A stretch of 53,017 nt of DNA, the filler included, from Bipalium vagum (lineage: Eukaryota), in NCBI GenBank assembly GCA_037834085.1. It is 3 parts of 3 records of this genome, joined end to end, with 100 filler letters (N's around TTAATTAATTAA, not from the genome) between each part and the next. Parts side by side here need not be neighbours in the genome. Positions count along the whole stretch, not along the records: positions 37,088 to 53,017 come from JBBMKC010137391.1; 2 more parts are not named here. One strand, 5' to 3'. Positions 48,880 through 53,017 of this stretch are shown here, piece by piece. Position numbers and translations under genes: made by a program. The first letter of the stretch is position 1. The number at the start of each line of letters is the position of its first letter. Under the pieces are notes generated by a model that was not told where the DNA came from, ran no database searches, and saw nothing but the letters and a program-made list of their open reading frames with translations.

Positions 48880-49330
48880 AAAATTTTTATGTTGCTTAAG
48901 AAAATAAGTGTAAAATTGTAAATCCGAGCAATTTTATGCCACTATTCGAAGCAAGATATCATAGTAAATGATTCATACAAGTCTTAAATATAAATCAAGG
49001 CCCGGATGAATCCTCTCATTGAATCCAAATTTTGTGATTGAAACCGTCGAATCAAATCATTCAAATAATACTAGCAGGTTGTCTGCAGAACTTGGAACTT
49101 ATTAATCTCAAAATGCTTTGGAAGGTCAATAAACGGAGTAGTGAAAGAACTCATGAATTAAAATGTGTACAAGGTAAGGGTCGAATTGAGAATCCAGTTT
49201 ATCAACACTTGATCAAATGTATTATGATGAAAAGTGAGGTTATCTCGATAATCCCTGTTATGGGAGCGAAAAAACTCAATTCCATCGAACTACTGCGACA
49301 TTCAGCGTACATCCAATTTCTATTTTTTTA
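48880..49330 (+). mobile_element. Mariner N-terminal remnant
   Basis: VESNHSNNTSRLSAELG ... LKMLWKVNKRSSERTHELKCVQGKGRIE (cf. STRRLSAELG...L..LGKV.K....PHEL...Q...R.E). Confidence 0.6.
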
Positions 49331-49679
49331 ATCTAAGTAACATTTCCTGAGATGACACATTTTCTAATATAGACAAGGTTGAAACTAGATCTTCGACTTT
49401 CACAACACAAAAATACGTGAGACTGAAAAAATACCTGAAAATTAATTCAAATTATAGAACATAATAGTCTACTTTGAATTATCTTCTTTTCAGATTTTAA
49501 GTCATTTAATTTCTTATAAATCAAAACATTTCAGACTTCATAATAAATCCTTTAAAATATAATCTTTTAAATTTGAGATTGTCGTGGAATTTGTATTTGT
49601 GCACACCATGCATGGAACAACAGTTGTATATATGTATTACAAAAAATTACCTATTACATTATTAATATATATATTTAAA

Positions 49680-50400
49680 GAAATGGAAATACCAATAGCT
49701 AAGTATAACAAAAAGTTAAAAACAAAGAATTATTTTTTCAGATGAAATAATTTATACATGATTTTAGAAAAGATAATAAGTATGATTTGCCACACACTAC
49801 GCTTTACGACTTTAGAAAAAATGCATTAGAAACCCATAACAATGTAAAAGTAAACATTAGAAAATGTCAAAGATGGTTCAAAAAATTCATGTAACAAAGT
49901 ATTTTGATAAAGAATCACTTATTAAGACACTCAAACAAGAACTCCATTTAAATGCATTACGAACTCTTGCTGAAGTGGTACTTGAATACATTTCCATAAA
50001 TGATTTGATGCACAAATTACAAAAATATTATTAACGATGGATAATAAATAATTAACTGTTTAATAACATTAATTAATTCTTGCCAGCCTAATAATCGTTC
50101 TAACAAATTTTTAATAAAATTATATATTTCAGGTCAAGAGCAAAGTTTCATTACAGAAATGTATAACATTTTATAAAAAAGAATTCAATGTATTTCAAAA
50201 TAAATTTATAGGAAATAAATTCAGATAAAATCTCAAAAAAGCAAACTTTGAAAATATATTCTGATTTTATTTATAATTTGAAAAAAGAATAAAAAATATC
50301 CATTTTTTATGAATCTTCAATGGTTGAAATACTACACTTAATACAAGTAGATCATGAAATATTGAAAACTTTTAAAATATGAAGCTATCTCACAGACTTT
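49680..50400 (+). mobile_element. Very decayed mariner remnant
   Basis: HTTLYDFRKNALETHNN...NIRKCQRWFKKF at about 49790-49890; later fragments are weak. Confidence 0.45.
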
Positions 50401-50694
50401 CTGAATCTAAAAATCACTATATCCAGAAAAATCTCTAAACGAGTACCAAAAGATATCGAGTTTAAATTTGAAATATTAAAAAAAATGGAAATTTTAAGGT
50501 TTTATAAAAATTTTGATTTTCTTAAAAGAATTCGTTTATACTTTTCATATAAAGTATTGATAATAATCCACAAACCGATTTAATTTTTTGCTATTATTAA
50601 AAATAAGCAAGTTATAAACCATTTAATAAAATATTTACGTAACTGAATTTAAAGAATTAATATTTAGTATGATACCCGTTTACAGATATTTTAA

Positions 50695-51130
50695 TATTAG
50701 ATGGCTAAAAAGTTTGCAGAACCTTTTTATTAGATCGTGGAATTTATAAAAATTTCGCGGAATATATGGTTATAAGTTTTATTTTTATTATTATTATTAT
50801 TATTATTCATAATCTTATTTTTAATAATTTCTAAAATTTTGATATATTTTATTTTAGCTAAATTATTTTTAGATGAATAAACTAAAAATCCGAACAATCA
50901 TATTTTATGAATGGAAAAGAGGTTCAACTCTTCAAAAATGTTTTCAGACTTTGAAATCATCTTTAGGACGACGTTGAATGTAAAACGTTAAGGTCGTCAA
51001 ATTTTAATTGATTATGATAATTCAAACCTTTCATTGTACCAAAACACAAGATTTCTATAAAGATCTAATTTACAAATTGCTGACGTGTTGGAATTAAATT
51101 GTAAAAAGGAATGGTGAATATCTTGTAGAC
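50695..51130 (+). mobile_element. Mariner 5' fragment
   Basis: TIR-like tattagatggctaaaaagttt, followed by MNKLKIRTIIFYEWKRGSTLQKCFQTLKSSLG. Confidence 0.55.
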
Positions 51131-51169
51131 TAGATACTGTTTATTATATTATTTGTAAAATTTTGTTTC

Positions 51170-52151
51170 TCAGCGTACTAAATTCCGCTAACTGTTTTTG
51201 TCACCTATTTCAATTCTACTAAGCATCGAATGAATCATATAATATTTCGGTATAATTTTTTCAGGCCACGCTGCAATAGTTTTTATACACAGATCTTCAA
51301 GGGAAATTTGATTTCATTCTGGAAACCTTTGCTTTCAGTAATTTAAAAAATTTTCGATGGGATTTAATTCCAAATATGAATCAGGCCCAATTGTCTGATG
51401 TTTTTCTTATCAAACCAAACTGTATCCGAAGGTCTGGTGACATGGAAGTACGATGTAATGCGAATTAAAAATCAGTGACAAACTTTTTTTAATACTTCAA
51501 TGTAACATAATGCGTTAATTTTATTTCTGGGATGCTTTACAGAACTTTTGATACCACACCCTGAATGAAGAGGAATGTTTAACACAATATATTACATATT
51601 TTCATTATGCAGCTGATTTGGTAGTCCGGTGAACTCATTGGTAAAGAAGATCGAATTGGTGTATCATATTCTGATCTATAATCATCTGGCTTGACTTAAG
51701 AACACACAAATCTCGATGTCTTTTGTAAAAATTTAGTTGATCTTTTATGCTCTTTGGTAGCATTGGATCGTATGCCGACCAATAGGATCGTAAATTTAAA
51801 AAGACAGACGAATTGTAACTGCATTACTGTTGATATCCTGAGGCAGTTGAGCCTTAACAAGAGCGAAATGCAATTGAATTTGTAAGTGATCATTTTATTT
51901 GCTCGCATTGGTGTCTTGCAAGGTCGAACAGGTAATTACAGTGGTAATTACTAACAATAGTTTCTTGCACGCCAATCTTCGAGACATTCAAGCGTGATAC
52001 TATATCCCTTTGAGAAAGGATCCTTATTCCGATAATAATAATGCCCATAATCACTTTCATATTATTGGATTTTAAACTTTTAAAATAAATGTGTATTATG
52101 TATAGTATTAAAGGAAAAATCGAAGTGGTTGTTGAATTACATTCAACACTG
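51170..52151 (-). mobile_element. Decayed Tc1 (DD34E) transposon
   Basis: Terminus TA|cagtgttgaa on the minus strand. Fragments LSQRDIVSRLNVSKIGVQ (HTH), IFFTNE and ELNPIENFLNY*KQR...LEDL...AW...SMLSRI (SPDLNPIEN motif). Confidence 0.72.
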
Positions 52152-52599
52152 TATAAATACTTATACTTATTTGAGAGAACTTTCTAAAATCTAGCCTCCC
52201 AATACCTTATCGCTACAAGGACTAGAGATAACTTAAAGTAAGGAGCAGATAGTCAGTCAAAAATATTAAAATGTCTAATATTTTAACCCTAGACAATTAA
52301 GTTTTCAAGTAAAGAAACTATTATTGGTGGAATAACTAATAGTTGGTTTTGGAAATCCATCATATTACCTAAAGATTAAAAAGATTGTTACTGTTCTTAA
52401 ATAAATTCATGTATTAAAGTTGATTTTATGCATTCTATGCTCTTCCACCAACAGTGTCTATCGAAGATCTCATATTTAAAATAAAGATAATATTCAACTT
52501 GAAACTCCAATCTATACAAAGATAAAGTAATGGAAAAACAGTAAAGAAAAATTGATTAGAAAATTAAATCTATTCCGTTATCTTCTTTATTTCTGATTC

Positions 52600-52790
52600 C
52601 CACACAACTATAGCATAAAGTCACAAACTCTTTTACGAAGATTTAATTTTATTATATTTAATATTGACCATTTTGTTCAACCGTGCATTTCCATCACTCA
52701 GGTAATTTCATTATTCCAGCTTCATAAAATTTTTTATCTTTTCCAGCAAAGAAATCGTCAAAATTTTTATATCCTCACATTCATTTAACT
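52600..52790 (-). mobile_element. Mariner 3' fragment
   Basis: FDDFFAGKDKKFYEAGIMKLPE*WKCTVEQNGQY*. Confidence 0.7.
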
Positions 52791-52945
52791 CAAGATATTT
52801 AGAAGTAGATATTTGACTTTTATTAATTTTTTAATAATAAATTTTTATAATTTCAATTATTCTCACAATCTCCTTTATGTTCATCAAAAATAACCTATTC
52901 TTAATCTAAATAATAAAATTTTTTCTTCATACCATTCTCTAAGTA

Positions 52946-53017
52946 CAGTAGAACCTCTATATAAGGTACACCCAATATAAGGTACATACGGTATATAAGG
53001 TACAATTTTAAGCAATT
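52946..53017 (+). mobile_element. Left end of a pogo/Tigger-like element or MITE (runs off the window)
   Basis: TA|cagtagaacctctata followed by three subterminal copies of atataaggtaca. Confidence 0.62.

Noticed and set aside
52957-53003. Three atataaggtaca repeats with short spacers, CRISPR-like at a glance
   Set aside because: Repeats and spacers are far too short, the context is eukaryotic, and they follow a TA-flanked TIR, so they are transposon subterminal repeats.

Overview
Very AT-rich eukaryotic genomic DNA from a draft assembly. It has two ordinary N gaps and two identical artificial 100-bp spacers (44 N + TTAATTAATTAA + 44 N, at 18576-18675 and 36988-37087), so the window is three joined pieces. 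Most of it is decayed DNA transposons: mariner DD34D, Tc1 DD34E, rosa/DD41D-like, pogo-like, one Merlin/IS1595-type element and several MITEs. I recognise only two intact host genes, arranged head-to-head 604 bp apart. One is an intronless P2X ATP-gated ion channel (33547-34938, +), with all canonical ligand-binding residues and 10 ectodomain cysteines; from memory it resembles flatworm P2X, which suggests a platyhelminth host (inference). The other is an FCP1/CTDP1-like HAD phosphatase reduced to its catalytic domain, with no BRCT (32205-32942, -). A decayed inverted copy of the phosphatase lies on the far side of P2X (36181-36770, +), so P2X sits between the two copies. This island is the most interesting part of the window, but a functional link between the genes is hypothesis only. 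I found no CRISPR, rRNA or tRNA. All family assignments come from motif recognition by eye, and boundaries of decayed elements are approximate.
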